Positions 51,603 through 62,596 are shown, counted from the first letter of the stretch. The stretch: DNA of 64,000 nucleotides from Longimicrobiales bacterium (GCA_965218295.1 CBDCKN010000005.1:1-64000), one strand, 5' to 3'. Notes: generated from the letters alone by a model not told the origin. Made by a program: numbers and translations.

Positions 51603-52977
51603 GTCCGACCTCCACGTTCTGTGTTCGCAGCCACGATTCGACCTCTTCCCTGATGACGCGCAAGCCCTCCTCCGTTCGAGCCTCGTACCGGGCGACGATG
51701 ACGGGCTGAGTGTTGGAGGCCCGGAGGAGCCCCCAGCCGTCGTCGAAGAGGATGCGTGCCCCGTCTATGTCTATTACCTCGCGTCTCTTCTTGAAGTGCT
51801 CCTGGGCCGCCCGCACGAGCCTGAACTTGGACTCCTCGGCCACCTCGATGCGGAGCTCGGGCGTCGAAGCATACACCGGGAAATCCGACACCATCTCCGA
51901 GAGGCTACCTTCCGAGCGTGCGATAAGGTCCACAAGACGGCAGGCGTCGTAGGGAGCATCGTCGAACCCAAGATAGTCGTCAGCGAGGCAGATGTGACCG
52001 GACAACTCCCCGGCGACGAGCGCTCCGGTCTCTCGCATCTTCTCCTTGATGAGCGAATGGCCGGTTTTCCACATGATGGGCTCGCCGCCGGCCTTGGCGA
52101 ACTCGTCGGGAAGGACCTGGGAGCACTTCACGTCAAAGATGAGCTTCTGGCCCGGTCCCCGCTTGCGAAGCACGTCGAGCCCCAGGAGGAGGAGGAGGAT
52201 GTCTCCGCGCACGATCCGGCCCTTTTCGTCCACGGCGCCGATGCGATCGGCGTCGCCGTCGAAGCCGATCCCCACGTCCGCCCCCTCCCGTCGAACGGTG
52301 TCGATGAGATCCACCAGGTATTCGTCCACAGTGGGATCCGGGTGGTGGTTCGGGAACGTGCCGTCGGAATCGCAGTAGAGCGGCACTACCTGGGCCCCGA
52401 TCTGTTGCAAGAGAGCGACGCCCACGAGCGATCCCGTGCCGTTCCCGCAGTCCAGAACCACCTTCACGGGACCGGGGAGGTCGAATCGCCCCGCCAGGTC
52501 GTCGATGTAGTGATCAAGGATGTCCACCCGCTCGGCGCTGCCTCTCCCCTCCTCCGCCCCGTCCTCTCCGTCCACGATACGGCGCTTAAGGTCCTGGATG
52601 GCCTCTCCGTACACGGAGGCGGCCTGCAGCGTCATCTTGATCCCGTTCCACTCCGGCGGATTATGTGATCCGGTGATCTGGATGGCGCCGTCGGTGGAGA
52701 GAGTCCTCTCGGCCCAGTAGAGCGTGGGCGTGGGCACCGTCCCCACGTCGACCACATCGGCTCCCGAGCCCGTGAGGCCACGGATCAAGCCGGCCACCAG
52801 ATCCGGGGACGAGGGCCGGTTGTCGCAGCCCACCGCGATTCGTGGAGGGCTCCCAAGACACTCACGGGCCATGGTCCCATACGCCCGGCCAACGCCCTCG
52901 GAGACCTCCGGCGTGAGCTCTGTGGCTGCGAGACCCCGGATATCGTACTGCCGGAAGATGTGATCGGAGGTAAACAC
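51589..52977 (-). CDS. Phosphomannomutase/phosphoglucomutase (AlgC-like)
   Basis: IFRQYDIRG, TGSHNP, FDGDADR, GELSGH, LRASNTQP. Confidence 0.95.
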   Translation of the reverse strand: MFTSDHIFRQYDIRGLAATELTPEVSEGVGRAYGTMARECLGSPPRIAVGCDNRPSSPDLVAGLIRGLTGSGADVVDVGTVPTPTLYWAERTLSTDGAIQITGSHNPPEWNGIKMTLQAASVYGEAIQDLKRRIVDGEDGAEEGRGSAERVDILDHYIDDLAGRFDLPGPVKVVLDCGNGTGSLVGVALLQQIGAQVVPLYCDSDGTFPNHHPDPTVDEYLVDLIDTVRREGADVGIGFDGDADRIGAVDEKGRIVRGDILLLLLGLDVLRKRGPGQKLIFDVKCSQVLPDEFAKAGGEPIMWKTGHSLIKEKMRETGALVAGELSGHICLADDYLGFDDAPYDACRLVDLIARSEGSLSEMVSDFPVYASTPELRIEVAEESKFRLVRAAQEHFKKRREVIDIDGARILFDDGWGLLRASNTQPVIVARYEARTEEGLRVIREEVESWLRTQNVEVGHEAR

Positions 52978-52984
52978 GTAGCTT

Positions 52985-54493
52985 CTATGGCGCCAGGCCG
53001 ACGAGCCCCTGCCCGACGGCTGAGAGCCCCTGCACACTCGACCGGGCGAACTCGACGGTACCCCCCGGGAAGACACCCAGGTAGAGCACCAGGACCACGC
53101 CGACGACCAGAGCCAGCCGCATCGCCAGGGGCACCGAGATCCCCTCGTGGGTGTCTTCGGCAGGGGCCTCCCGCATCCACATGAACCACGCCACCCGCAG
53201 GTAGTACCAGTACGAGACGAGCGTTGTCAGTACCAGGGTGACGGACAGGTAGACCAGATCGGCCTCCATGGCCCCTTGGAGCAGGAAGATCTTCGCCATG
53301 AACCCTCCCGTACCCGGGAAGCCCGCGAGGGACAGCAGGAAGACGGAGAGGAAGACCCCGAGCACCGGCTGCTGCCAACCGAAGCCTGCGTAGTCCTCGA
53401 TCTGCTGGCGCTCCTCGCTTTGGCGGGACACCAGGACCACCACTCCGAACGCACCGATGTTCATGAGGGTGTAGACCAGCAGGTAGAAGAGGAGGCCCGC
53501 CGCGGCCGTCTCGTTCGCCGCCACGATCGCCACCATGAGGTAGCCGGCGTGGGCGATTCCCGAGTATGCCAGCATGCGCTTCACGCTCACCTGCACGAGG
53601 GCAATGAGGTTCGCGACGATCATGGTAATGACCGCCAGCCACCAAAGGATGGCCCACCAGCTCTCGTAGGCACCCTCGAACGCGACTGAGAACACCCTCA
53701 GGAAGGCCACGAACGCCCCCGCCTTCACGGCAACGGCCATAAATGCGGTGACAGGTGTGGGAGCCCCCTCGTAGACGTCCGGAGTCCACATGTGAAACGG
53801 GACCGCCGAAACCTTGAACGCGAAGCCCACGGCAAGGAGGGCGATTCCGAAGCCAAGGAGGGCTCCATGGGCACTGCCGCTCGCGACCACATCCGCGATA
53901 CGGCCGATATGCGTGCTGCCCGCCGCCCCGTACACGAGGGCGATCCCATAGAGGAAGAACCCCGTAGAGAAGGCGCCCAGCATGAAGTACTTCAGGCCCG
54001 CTTCCGCCGACTTGCGATCGCGGCGGTTCATGGCCGTGAGGGCGTAGACGGCGATGGACATGATCTCCAGGCCTAGGAAAATCACGATGAGGTCCCGGGC
54101 CGCCGCCATGACCATCAGACCTACCGTCGAGTAAATGAGGAGCCCGTAGAACTCTCCGGCCTGCAGCTCTTGCCGCTTGACGTAGGCCAGGGAGATGAGG
54201 ATGGCGAGCCCCACGGCAGCGAGGAAGATCCAGTTGGCGAAGAGCGCAAACCGGTCCACGGCGATCATGGAGCCGGTGCCCACCTCCGACACTCCATAGA
54301 GCCAACCGTTCACCGAGGCCGCCACCAGCACTCCGATGAGAGACATCCAGCCCAGATCGGTGGCCGCGTCGGGATTCGTACGCTGCCGCCGGCTCACGCC
54401 CAGTATGAGGATCACCATGCCCCACACGGAGAGAACGAACTCTGGGGCCAGGGCGATCAGAAAGTGGGCCTGATTGCTGAAGTCGAGCTGCAT
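52985..54493 (-). CDS. nuoN: NADH-quinone oxidoreductase subunit N
   Basis: EAGLKYF, FKVSAVPFHMWTPDVYEGAP, KRMLAYS. Confidence 0.96.
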   Translation of the reverse strand: MQLDFSNQAHFLIALAPEFVLSVWGMVILILGVSRRQRTNPDAATDLGWMSLIGVLVAASVNGWLYGVSEVGTGSMIAVDRFALFANWIFLAAVGLAILISLAYVKRQELQAGEFYGLLIYSTVGLMVMAAARDLIVIFLGLEIMSIAVYALTAMNRRDRKSAEAGLKYFMLGAFSTGFFLYGIALVYGAAGSTHIGRIADVVASGSAHGALLGFGIALLAVGFAFKVSAVPFHMWTPDVYEGAPTPVTAFMAVAVKAGAFVAFLRVFSVAFEGAYESWWAILWWLAVITMIVANLIALVQVSVKRMLAYSGIAHAGYLMVAIVAANETAAAGLLFYLLVYTLMNIGAFGVVVLVSRQSEERQQIEDYAGFGWQQPVLGVFLSVFLLSLAGFPGTGGFMAKIFLLQGAMEADLVYLSVTLVLTTLVSYWYYLRVAWFMWMREAPAEDTHEGISVPLAMRLALVVGVVLVLYLGVFPGGTVEFARSSVQGLSAVGQGLVGLAP

Positions 54494-54497
54494 ATGT

Positions 54498-56117
54498 CTA
54501 GTCCACTGCCGTGTCGGCGGTCTCGGTCTCGCGGGCCTCCGCGCGCATACCCACGAATTCGATGGCGGGTAGCGTGAGGTCGCCACCGCCCACTGCCGAG
54601 GCTCCCTCTGGTGCGGCGGCCTCGACGCGCTCCAGCACCGCCTGCACGCTGGGCTCCATACGCCGCAGGAAGGGGGTGGGATACACACCGATCCAGATCA
54701 TGAGAGCGATCATGGGGGCCAGAATGGTGATCTCCCGCCGGGACAGATCCTCGACCTTCCTGTTCTCCTCCTGGTCGAGCGCGTTGAAGAAGATGCGCTG
54801 GACCATAGGCAGCATGTAGTACGCTGCGAAGATCACTCCCATAGCCGCTAGGACTCCCATCACGGGATGGTTCTCGAACGTACCCAGGAGCGCCAGGAAC
54901 TCGCCGGGGAAGCCGCTCGTGCCCGGGAGGCCGATGGAGGCAAGCGCCGTAATGACGAAGGCCGTGGCGAACCAGGGCGCCACGCGGCCCAGACCGCCGA
55001 AGTCCTCGATCGCCCGGGTGTGCCGGCGCTCATAGAGCATGCCGAGCAAGAGGAACAGGGCGCCCGTGGAGATCCCGTGGGAGATCATGACGAGCATCCC
55101 ACCCTGGAGGCCGTTGATGCTGAGGGCGAAGATCCCGATGACCACAAAGCCCATGTGGGCCACGGAGGTGTACGCCACGAGCTTCTTGGCGTCGGGCTGC
55201 ACCGCCGCTACCCAGGCCGCGTAGATGATTCCCACCACGCCCAGGGTCAGCATCGTCATGATCACAGTGGGGTGTTGGGAGGCCACCGGGAAGAAGGGCA
55301 GCAGGAACCGCACGAACCCGTAGGTTCCCATCTTCAGGAGGACCGCGGCCAGCACGACCGAGCCCGGCATGGGAGCCTCGACGTGCGCATCGGGAAGCCA
55401 GGTGTGGAACGGGAAGAGCGGCACCTTGATGGCGAAGGCCAGGGCGAATGCCGAGAAGAGCCAGAGCTGCTCCGCGGGAGACAGCGGAACCTGCAGCAGG
55501 TCCAGGAACGCGAACGAGGCCACGCCCATAAGCGTCTTCGCCCGGAAATACAGATACAGGATCGCCACCAGCATGAGAAGCGATCCGAAGGCGGTGAACA
55601 GGAAGAACTTCACCGCCGCATAGACCCTGCGCTCGCCCCCCCAGATGCCCACGATGAAGTACATGGGGACCAGGGTGAGCTCGAAGAAGACGTAGAAGAG
55701 GAAGAGATCCACCGCGGCGAAGACACCCACGACCCCGACCTCCAGGAGGAGCATCAGGGCGTAAAAGGCCTTCTCCTTCTTCTTGATGTAGTTGAAGGAC
55801 CCCAGGATGGCGAGCGGCGTCGTAAATGTCGTCAGCAGCACCATGAACAAGCTGATGCCGTCGAGTCCCAGGGCGTAGCTCACACCCCACTGGCCGATCC
55901 ACGGCCGGCTGCTCGTGAGCTGATATCCGCCGGCGCCTATCGTCGGATCGTACGCCCACCAGAGTCCCAGGCTCAGGACGAAGACCGCTACGCTCCACCA
56001 AAGGGCCAGGTGCTTAGCCCGCTTCTCAGGGGCCCACAGCACGTGGACCATCCCCACCAGGGGCAGCCAGATGAGCGCGTGAAGCGCCCAGCTATCGTAG
56101 GAGAGCGCGTCTAACAT
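54498..56117 (-). CDS. nuoM: NADH-quinone oxidoreductase subunit M
   Basis: LDGIS, FFELTLVPMY, PFHTWLPDAHVEAP, KKLVAYTSVAHMG. Confidence 0.96.
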   Translation of the reverse strand: MLDALSYDSWALHALIWLPLVGMVHVLWAPEKRAKHLALWWSVAVFVLSLGLWWAYDPTIGAGGYQLTSSRPWIGQWGVSYALGLDGISLFMVLLTTFTTPLAILGSFNYIKKKEKAFYALMLLLEVGVVGVFAAVDLFLFYVFFELTLVPMYFIVGIWGGERRVYAAVKFFLFTAFGSLLMLVAILYLYFRAKTLMGVASFAFLDLLQVPLSPAEQLWLFSAFALAFAIKVPLFPFHTWLPDAHVEAPMPGSVVLAAVLLKMGTYGFVRFLLPFFPVASQHPTVIMTMLTLGVVGIIYAAWVAAVQPDAKKLVAYTSVAHMGFVVIGIFALSINGLQGGMLVMISHGISTGALFLLLGMLYERRHTRAIEDFGGLGRVAPWFATAFVITALASIGLPGTSGFPGEFLALLGTFENHPVMGVLAAMGVIFAAYYMLPMVQRIFFNALDQEENRKVEDLSRREITILAPMIALMIWIGVYPTPFLRRMEPSVQAVLERVEAAAPEGASAVGGGDLTLPAIEFVGMRAEARETETADTAVD

Positions 56118-56133
56118 GCCACCGTCCTATCCA

Positions 56134-58290
56134 TTAGAAGGCTACCATTCCGAGGATCACTAAAACCCCAACTGTGAAGACGAATGCGTACGTGTTCACT
56201 TGGCCGGTCTGGAAGAGGCTACCGACCCAACCCAGAGCTCGCGCCCCGTTCCCGACCAGATTGACGAATCCGTCGATGATGCGCGCGTCGATGACGCGCC
56301 ACGAGAACCTGGACAGGGCCTGGATCGGGCGGACCGCGATGCGATCGTACAGCTCGTCCACATACCACTTGTTGTAGAGAATGCCGGCGAAGCCCGTGGG
56401 CGCCGCGTCTTCCGTAGCGACCGTGACGTCCTTGGGGATCAGCAGCCGGATCGTGGCTATGACGACGATGAAGGCGGCCACGGTGGAGATGAGCCCCCAG
56501 GCCACCTCGCCTCCCCCGAAGGGCGCCGAGTGGGCGATCCCGCCCAGATGAGTCTCCTGGACGCGGTGGGCGGCCTCCGTCACGGGCTCGAGCCAGTGGT
56601 GCAGCGATTCGGACATGGGAAGGATGCCGAAACCGCCCAGGAACGACCCCTGAAGGTCCTCGGATACGTTGACCCAGCCGCCGACCACCGACAATGCCGC
56701 CAGGATGGCCAGCGGGATCCACATGGTCTTGGGGGCCTCATTCAGATGCCGGGCCTCTTCCGTCCCGGTCCTGTTGGTGCCGTGGAAGGTCATGACCATG
56801 AGGCGCGTCATGTAGAACGCGGTGAGCATGGCCGTCGCCAACGCCATCACCCAGCAGACCGTATATAGGCCGGCATAGGGAGCGTTCTCCGCCCCGGCCA
56901 TGGCGCCGGTCATCCAGATGATCTCGTCCTTGCTGAAGAACCCGGCGAAGGGCCAGATCCCGGCGATGGCCAGGGTGGCGAGCCACATGGTGACCCACGT
57001 GATGGGCATGTATCGCCTGAGCCCACCCATGTTGCGCATGTCCTGGGCGTCCCAGTCCTTGTGGGTGTGGTGCAGGGCGTGGTGTATGGAGTGGATCACC
57101 GCGCCGGAGCCCAAGAAGAGGAGCGCCTTGAAGAAGGCGTGGGTCATGAGGTGGAACACGCCGGCCGTGTAGGCCCCTACCCCGACTCCCAGGAACATGT
57201 AGCCGAGCTGGGACACGGTGGAGTACGCCAGCACCCGCTTGATGTCGTATTGCTTGAGCGCGATCGTCGCTGCGAAGAGGGCGGTAAGCACGCCTATTCC
57301 GGCCACCGCCGCGCTGCTGAGGGGCGCCAGAGCGAAAAGGAGCGACGATCGCGCGACCAGGTAGACGCCCGCCGTCACCATGGTGGCGGCGTGGATCAGG
57401 GCGGAGACGGGCGTCGGGCCCCACATGGCGTCGGGCAGCCAGATGTAGAGCGGGATCTGCGCGCTCTTCCCGGTGGCCGCCACGAGGAAGAAGAGAGTCA
57501 CCACGGTGACGAGCGGTCCGCCGTACTCGAAGACGTCCTCGGCCCCTCCGAAAACGTCCACGAAGTCCATCGATCCGAAGGCCACGAACAACAGGAAGAT
57601 GGCCAATAGGAATCCCAGGTCCCCGATCCGGTTGACGATGAACGCCTTCTTCCCCGCCGACGCCTTCTCTTCGTCGCTGAACCAGTAGCCGATGAGCAGG
57701 TAGGAACAGAGCCCGACGCCCTCCCAGCCCACGAACATGACCGCATAGCTCGATCCCATGACCAGGATCAGCATGAAAAAGACGAAGAGATTCAGATAGG
57801 CGAAGTACCGGGGGTAGCCCGGGTCGTCCTGCATGTACCCGACGCTGAACACGTGGATCAGGAAGCCGACACCGGTGATGACCAGCATCATGACCATGGC
57901 GAGCTGGTCGAGCTGGATGGCAGCGGCGACCTCGAAGCTGCCCGTGACGATCCAAGTCCAGTAGCTGCGGACGACGGGCTCGTGGATCTCGGCTCCCAGC
58001 ATCCCCACGAAGTTTACCACCGTGAGGAGGAAGGCCAGGCCCATCACGCCGGGGCCGATCCAGGTGGGCCAGCTGTGGGTCCTGGGACGGCCACCCCCAA
58101 GGAAGTCGTGCTCGCCCCCGGCTCGTACGGCGTCGGCGGAGATCCGCGCCGCAGACAGCGCCAGGGCTCCGTTGATCAGAAAGCCCACGAGCGGCAGCAG
58201 GATGATGAGCCCAGGCAGGACGGGCTCCCAGGCTCCGTGGGCCTCCGCGCCCTCCACCGCCTGAATCAGGTAGAGTCCGAGATTCGTCAA
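56134..58290 (-). CDS. nuoL: NADH-quinone oxidoreductase subunit L
   Basis: GWEGVGLCSYLLIG, GKSAQIPL, PTPVSALIHAATMV, HAFFKALLFL, QTGQV. Confidence 0.96.
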   Translation of the reverse strand: MTNLGLYLIQAVEGAEAHGAWEPVLPGLIILLPLVGFLINGALALSAARISADAVRAGGEHDFLGGGRPRTHSWPTWIGPGVMGLAFLLTVVNFVGMLGAEIHEPVVRSYWTWIVTGSFEVAAAIQLDQLAMVMMLVITGVGFLIHVFSVGYMQDDPGYPRYFAYLNLFVFFMLILVMGSSYAVMFVGWEGVGLCSYLLIGYWFSDEEKASAGKKAFIVNRIGDLGFLLAIFLLFVAFGSMDFVDVFGGAEDVFEYGGPLVTVVTLFFLVAATGKSAQIPLYIWLPDAMWGPTPVSALIHAATMVTAGVYLVARSSLLFALAPLSSAAVAGIGVLTALFAATIALKQYDIKRVLAYSTVSQLGYMFLGVGVGAYTAGVFHLMTHAFFKALLFLGSGAVIHSIHHALHHTHKDWDAQDMRNMGGLRRYMPITWVTMWLATLAIAGIWPFAGFFSKDEIIWMTGAMAGAENAPYAGLYTVCWVMALATAMLTAFYMTRLMVMTFHGTNRTGTEEARHLNEAPKTMWIPLAILAALSVVGGWVNVSEDLQGSFLGGFGILPMSESLHHWLEPVTEAAHRVQETHLGGIAHSAPFGGGEVAWGLISTVAAFIVVIATIRLLIPKDVTVATEDAAPTGFAGILYNKWYVDELYDRIAVRPIQALSRFSWRVIDARIIDGFVNLVGNGARALGWVGSLFQTGQVNTYAFVFTVGVLVILGMVAF

Positions 58291-58294
58291 GACG

Positions 58295-58603
58295 CTACCA
58301 TTTGAGCAGGTTGAAGTTGTCCACGTTCGCCGTCTCGTAGTGCCGGAAGATCGAGATGATGATGGCCAGCCCGACGGCCGCCTCGGCCGCCGCCACCGTC
58401 ATCACGAAGAAGACGAAGAGCTGGCCCTCGATTCCCACGTATCGGGAGAGGGCCACGAAGGTCAGGTTCACGGCGTTGAGCTGAAGCTCGATGCACAGGA
58501 ACATGATTATGACGTTGCGGCGCACGATGACGCCCATGGTCCCGATGACGAAGATCAGGGCCGAGAGGACCAGGGACTCGGCGAGCATGTCGGTCCCCAT
58601 CAC
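58295..58603 (-). CDS. nuoK: NADH-quinone oxidoreductase subunit K
   Basis: [21 protein letters not shown]. Confidence 0.96.
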   Translation of the reverse strand: MMGTDMLAESLVLSALIFVIGTMGVIVRRNVIIMFLCIELQLNAVNLTFVALSRYVGIEGQLFVFFVMTVAAAEAAVGLAIIISIFRHYETANVDNFNLLKW

Positions 58604-59121
58604 ACCCCCTTCTTGGCCAGGACGATGGCGCCTACGATGGCCACGAGGAGCAGGATTCCCGTGAGCTCGAAGGGGACCACGTAGTCCGTGAAGAGAGGCC
58701 GGGCGATGGCGCCCACCGCCCCGTACTCCAACAGAGCCGCGTCGATGGCGTCTGCCGCCCCGAGGCCGCTCTCCAGCCCGCCGGATCCGCTGCCGAGCTG
58801 CCTCGCCAGCAAGCCGCCCAGGCCTCCCGCCACGGCGAAGCCGAAGATCATGGCGATGCCGCCCCGGATATCACGCTGATAGTCGTGGCCCAGGTTCAGG
58901 AGCATGATGACGAAGAGGAAGAGGACCATGATGGCCCCGGCGTAGACCATGATCTGGATGGCTGCCAGAAAGTGGGCCTCCAGGAGCACGAAGATGCCGG
59001 CGATGCTTGCGAGGCTGGCCACCATGAACATCAGGCTCGCTATGGGGCTTCGCCCCATCACCACGCCGAAAGCGCCCCCGACCGCTACGCCGGCGAATAT
59101 GTAGAAGAGCAGATTAGCCAC
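58600..59121 (-). CDS. nuoJ: NADH-quinone oxidoreductase subunit J
   Basis: [30 protein letters not shown]. Confidence 0.96.
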   Translation of the reverse strand: MANLLFYIFAGVAVGGAFGVVMGRSPIASLMFMVASLASIAGIFVLLEAHFLAAIQIMVYAGAIMVLFLFVIMLLNLGHDYQRDIRGGIAMIFGFAVAGGLGGLLARQLGSGSGGLESGLGAADAIDAALLEYGAVGAIARPLFTDYVVPFELTGILLLVAIVGAIVLAKKGV

Positions 59122-59159
59122 GTCTATCGTCTTCGCACGGCGCCGACGTCATGACTCCA

Positions 59160-59660
59160 TCACTCACTCTTCGGATCCTCGGGATCCCACAACAAGGTTA
59201 CCGGGTGGTCCACCTCCATGAGGCGGTCCAGGTCGTAGACGAAGCGGTCCCGCGAGTACTCGGCGTTCTCGAAGTCACGGCCCATGTGGATGGCCTCCAC
59301 GGGACATACCTCCTGGCACATTCCGCAGAAGATGCAGCGGAACTCGTCGATCTCGAAGACGATGGGATACCGGTTCCCCTGGTCGTCCTCGCCACCCACG
59401 AGGCGGATGCAGTTCGCGGGACAAACCGTGGGACAGAGCCCGCACGCCACGCACTTTGGCCGCCCGTCGGCGTGGACCTCCATGCGGTGTGTGCCCCTCC
59501 ACCTCGGGCTCAGCTCGGTCTGCACCTCGGGGTACTGCTGTGTCACCTTGTCCGGGTTCACCATGTGACGGAGCGTCACGGACATTCCCTTGAGGGCGGC
59601 CCTCAGATACGACGTGCGTCCCGGATCGGGCCTGCGGATGACCTTTACGGTTACAGCCAT
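59160..59660 (-). CDS. nuoI: NADH-quinone oxidoreductase subunit I
   Basis: TQQYPE, CVACGLCPTVCP, CIFCGMCQEVCP. Confidence 0.96.
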   Translation of the reverse strand: MAVTVKVIRRPDPGRTSYLRAALKGMSVTLRHMVNPDKVTQQYPEVQTELSPRWRGTHRMEVHADGRPKCVACGLCPTVCPANCIRLVGGEDDQGNRYPIVFEIDEFRCIFCGMCQEVCPVEAIHMGRDFENAEYSRDRFVYDLDRLMEVDHPVTLLWDPEDPKSE

Positions 59661-59705
59661 GTCGTTTCTCCAAAACGAGTTACGGTGGATGGTCTACCGT
59701 ACATT

Positions 59706-60977
59706 CTAATCTCCTGACGCCGGCGGCTCTTCGAGGACCCTCACCCTGCCGGCTGCAGCACCCCCGATGATCCGACCGCGATCGAGGTGGAAGACGAAGG
59801 CCACCGTGCACACGGTGCTCACCGCCGTCAGAGCGAGGCCGTAGGTGAATCCGTACGTCACGCCCACCTGATCGAGGATCAACATGGTCCCGGCCATGAC
59901 CATCACGTAGGCCAGGGCCGTGGGGAGGAGGACCTTCCAACCCAGCTGCATGACCTGGTCGTAACGGAAACGCGGCAACGTCCAGCGGACCCAGATGTAC
60001 AGCAGGAGAAAGAACGCCGTCTTGGCCGCAAAAGCCGCGAAGGTGAGGAGCGTTTTCCATACGGCCGGTACCGCTGCGATGGGTGCGCCGTCCACGCCGA
60101 ACCCGCCGACCAGAGAGCCTCCGTACCAAAAGGCGTCGTCCCAGGTCCCCGGGAGGTCCCACCCCCCGAAGAAGAGGGTGGCCATGAGGGCTGAGGCCGT
60201 CAACATGTGGGAGTACTCGGCAATGAAGAACATGGAGAACTTCATGGCTGAGTACTCGGTGTGGAATCCCGTGATGAGCTCGGACTCGGCCTCCGGCATG
60301 TCGAACGGGAGCCGGTTCGTCTCGGCGAAGGCCGCGATCACGAAGAGGATGAACCCGAGTGAGAGAGGCAGGACGTACCAGAGGTCCAGCTGCTGCTGCT
60401 GCCAGACGATCTCGGTGAGCGTGACGTTCCCCGCGAGCATCAGGACCACGATGAGGCTCAGCCCCAGGGGCACTTCATAACTCACCATCTGGGCCGAGGC
60501 CCGCAGCGCGCCCAGGAAGGCGTACTTGTTGTTCGAGGCCCAGCCCGAGATGACGATCCCGTACACTCCCAGCGAGCTCAACGCCAGGATATAGAGAATG
60601 CCGATGGGGACGTCGGCGATGATCATGTCCACCACTCCCCAGGGAGTGGGCAGAGGCGCCGCGAAAGGTACGACGGCGAACGTCATCAGCGCCGGGACCA
60701 TGGCAAGCATGGGCCCGAGCATGAAGTAGAGCTTGGACGCGGAGGCGGGAAGCGTCTCTTCCTTCACTAGGTTCTTGAGGCCGTCGGCGATGGGCTGGAG
60801 AAGCCCGAAGGGACCCACGCGGTTGGGACCCATGCGGTCCTGGATGAACGCCGACACGCGTCGCTCGGCCAGCGTCGTGTACGCCACGGTGAGCATCACC
60901 ACGCCGAACATGACGGCGATCTTGAGAGAGGAGGCCACCAGGAGCGGGATGCCGGCGATGGGCTGGAGCACGTCCAT
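59706..60977 (-). CDS. nuoH: NADH-quinone oxidoreductase subunit H
   Basis: GPNRVGPFGLLQPIADGLK, AQMVSYE, ETNRLPFDMPEAESEL, PRFRYDQ. Confidence 0.96.
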   Translation of the reverse strand: MDVLQPIAGIPLLVASSLKIAVMFGVVMLTVAYTTLAERRVSAFIQDRMGPNRVGPFGLLQPIADGLKNLVKEETLPASASKLYFMLGPMLAMVPALMTFAVVPFAAPLPTPWGVVDMIIADVPIGILYILALSSLGVYGIVISGWASNNKYAFLGALRASAQMVSYEVPLGLSLIVVLMLAGNVTLTEIVWQQQQLDLWYVLPLSLGFILFVIAAFAETNRLPFDMPEAESELITGFHTEYSAMKFSMFFIAEYSHMLTASALMATLFFGGWDLPGTWDDAFWYGGSLVGGFGVDGAPIAAVPAVWKTLLTFAAFAAKTAFFLLLYIWVRWTLPRFRYDQVMQLGWKVLLPTALAYVMVMAGTMLILDQVGVTYGFTYGLALTAVSTVCTVAFVFHLDRGRIIGGAAAGRVRVLEEPPASGD

Positions 60978-60978
60978 G

Positions 60979-62589
60979 TCAGTCCCCCGCCAACGACACG
61001 GTTGCGTTGGTCTGGGCCCCCTGGACGCTCACGTCCTCGTAGTCGATCCCTTCGTAGGCCGGCACCTGCGCCGACAGGAGCTGGAAGGCTTGATCCGCCC
61101 TGCGTGGCCCATCGTGGCCCTCGAGGGCCCCTACGAGTGCCCCCAGAACAAGCCAGGCTGGCCTCGCCGTCCCCGGGCCGTCCAGCGCGGGCCAGAATCG
61201 TTGAACCCGGCCGGCATGATTCGTGAAGGTCCCTTCCTGCTCAGCGAACGTAGTCGTGGGGAGGGCGAAGTCTGCCGCGGCCAGAGGATGCGACGTATAC
61301 GCTCCCAGGTAGACGACGGCCTCCGCCTCGGCGCCGAATCCCTGCGGAGCGTCTTCGAGGGCGTCTCCCAGCACCAGGATCACTCCGCCGTGGCCCGGGA
61401 TGTCGTTCAGGCCTCCCTGCCCAGAGTCGTCGCCGACGCGGGTGAAGCCGAGGAGCTCGGCCCCCCGAACGTTGGGAGCCAGATCCTTGCGACGGGCGAG
61501 CCCCTGGTAGCCGGCCAAGGCCACCTCCTCATCGCTCCGGGGCGACCGGTAGACGACCTCTCCGCCGCCCAAGGAGTCCACCAGGCGTGCTACCGCCCCC
61601 AGGTCCTCGTTGGACCAGAACGGCGACACGACGGCCTTCACGCCCCCGTTTCCGCCTTCCAGGCGGTCCTTCAGGGCTGCCAGGGCCTCCTTCCACCCCA
61701 TGGCCGTGCTCTGCCCCGAGCTCCGGACCACCGGCACCTCGAGACGATCGCCGCGATTGAGCCACTCATAGCGACCACGACCATAGTCGCAGATCCAGTG
61801 GCCGTTCACGTCTGGGTTGTGCCGTGGCGTCATTCGATGGACGAGGTTGTCCCGGGTGTGGAGCTCGATGTTGCACCCCTGGCTGCAGTTGGGGCAAACG
61901 GACGGCGTGTGCTCGAGATCCCAGGCCCGGGCCTTGTGCAGGAAGTCCTTGGAGACCAGCGCTCCCACCGGGCAGATGTCCACAACGTTGCCCGCCCAAT
62001 CCGCCTCTTCCAAACCGGACTCGAAAAAGGTGTCGATGACCGAGCGGCTGCCCCGCTCGACCACGGCCAGTAGCGGGTTCTGCTCCATCTCGTTCATGAA
62101 TCGGACGCAGCGCGTGCACATGACGCAGCGGTCACCGTAGAAGAGGACGTCACCACCGAAGTCGTCGCGCCCGAACACGCGCTTGGGCTCGCGACCGCGC
62201 CCGTGCTCCCTACCCTCTGCGAAGACGTAGTCCTGGAGCTCACATTCTCCGGACTGGTCACAGATGGGGCAGTCCAGGGGATGGTTCACCAGGTAGAACT
62301 CCAGCACCCCGGTCCGCATCCGCAACGCCCGTTCGCTCGTGGTGTGCACAACCTGATCCTGGGCGACCTGTGTGGCACAGGAGGGGAGCTGCTTGGGAGC
62401 GCCCTCTACCTCCACCAGGCAGAGGCGGCACATGGCCGGTGACGAGAGCCCCGGATGATAGCAGTAGTGGGGAATCTCGGTCCCCTTGCCCTGTGCGGCC
62501 TGCAGGATGGTGGTCCCCTTGGGGACGGTCACCTCCTGTCCGTCGATGATCAGCGTGACGTTCTCGATGTTCCGTCCGTTCTCGGCCAT
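60979..62589 (-). CDS. nuoG: NADH-quinone oxidoreductase subunit G (short, 536 aa)
   Basis: IPHYCYHP, CRLCLVE, HPLDCPICDQSGEC, CVMCTRC, CPVGA, CPNCSQGC. Confidence 0.92.
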   Translation of the reverse strand: MAENGRNIENVTLIIDGQEVTVPKGTTILQAAQGKGTEIPHYCYHPGLSSPAMCRLCLVEVEGAPKQLPSCATQVAQDQVVHTTSERALRMRTGVLEFYLVNHPLDCPICDQSGECELQDYVFAEGREHGRGREPKRVFGRDDFGGDVLFYGDRCVMCTRCVRFMNEMEQNPLLAVVERGSRSVIDTFFESGLEEADWAGNVVDICPVGALVSKDFLHKARAWDLEHTPSVCPNCSQGCNIELHTRDNLVHRMTPRHNPDVNGHWICDYGRGRYEWLNRGDRLEVPVVRSSGQSTAMGWKEALAALKDRLEGGNGGVKAVVSPFWSNEDLGAVARLVDSLGGGEVVYRSPRSDEEVALAGYQGLARRKDLAPNVRGAELLGFTRVGDDSGQGGLNDIPGHGGVILVLGDALEDAPQGFGAEAEAVVYLGAYTSHPLAAADFALPTTTFAEQEGTFTNHAGRVQRFWPALDGPGTARPAWLVLGALVGALEGHDGPRRADQAFQLLSAQVPAYEGIDYEDVSVQGAQTNATVSLAGD

Positions 62590-62596
62590 GACCTTA

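Noticed and set aside
52785..54425. 546-aa same-strand alternative-frame ORF in nuoN
   Set aside because: Arg/Gly/Pro-rich off-frame translation of a conserved gene.
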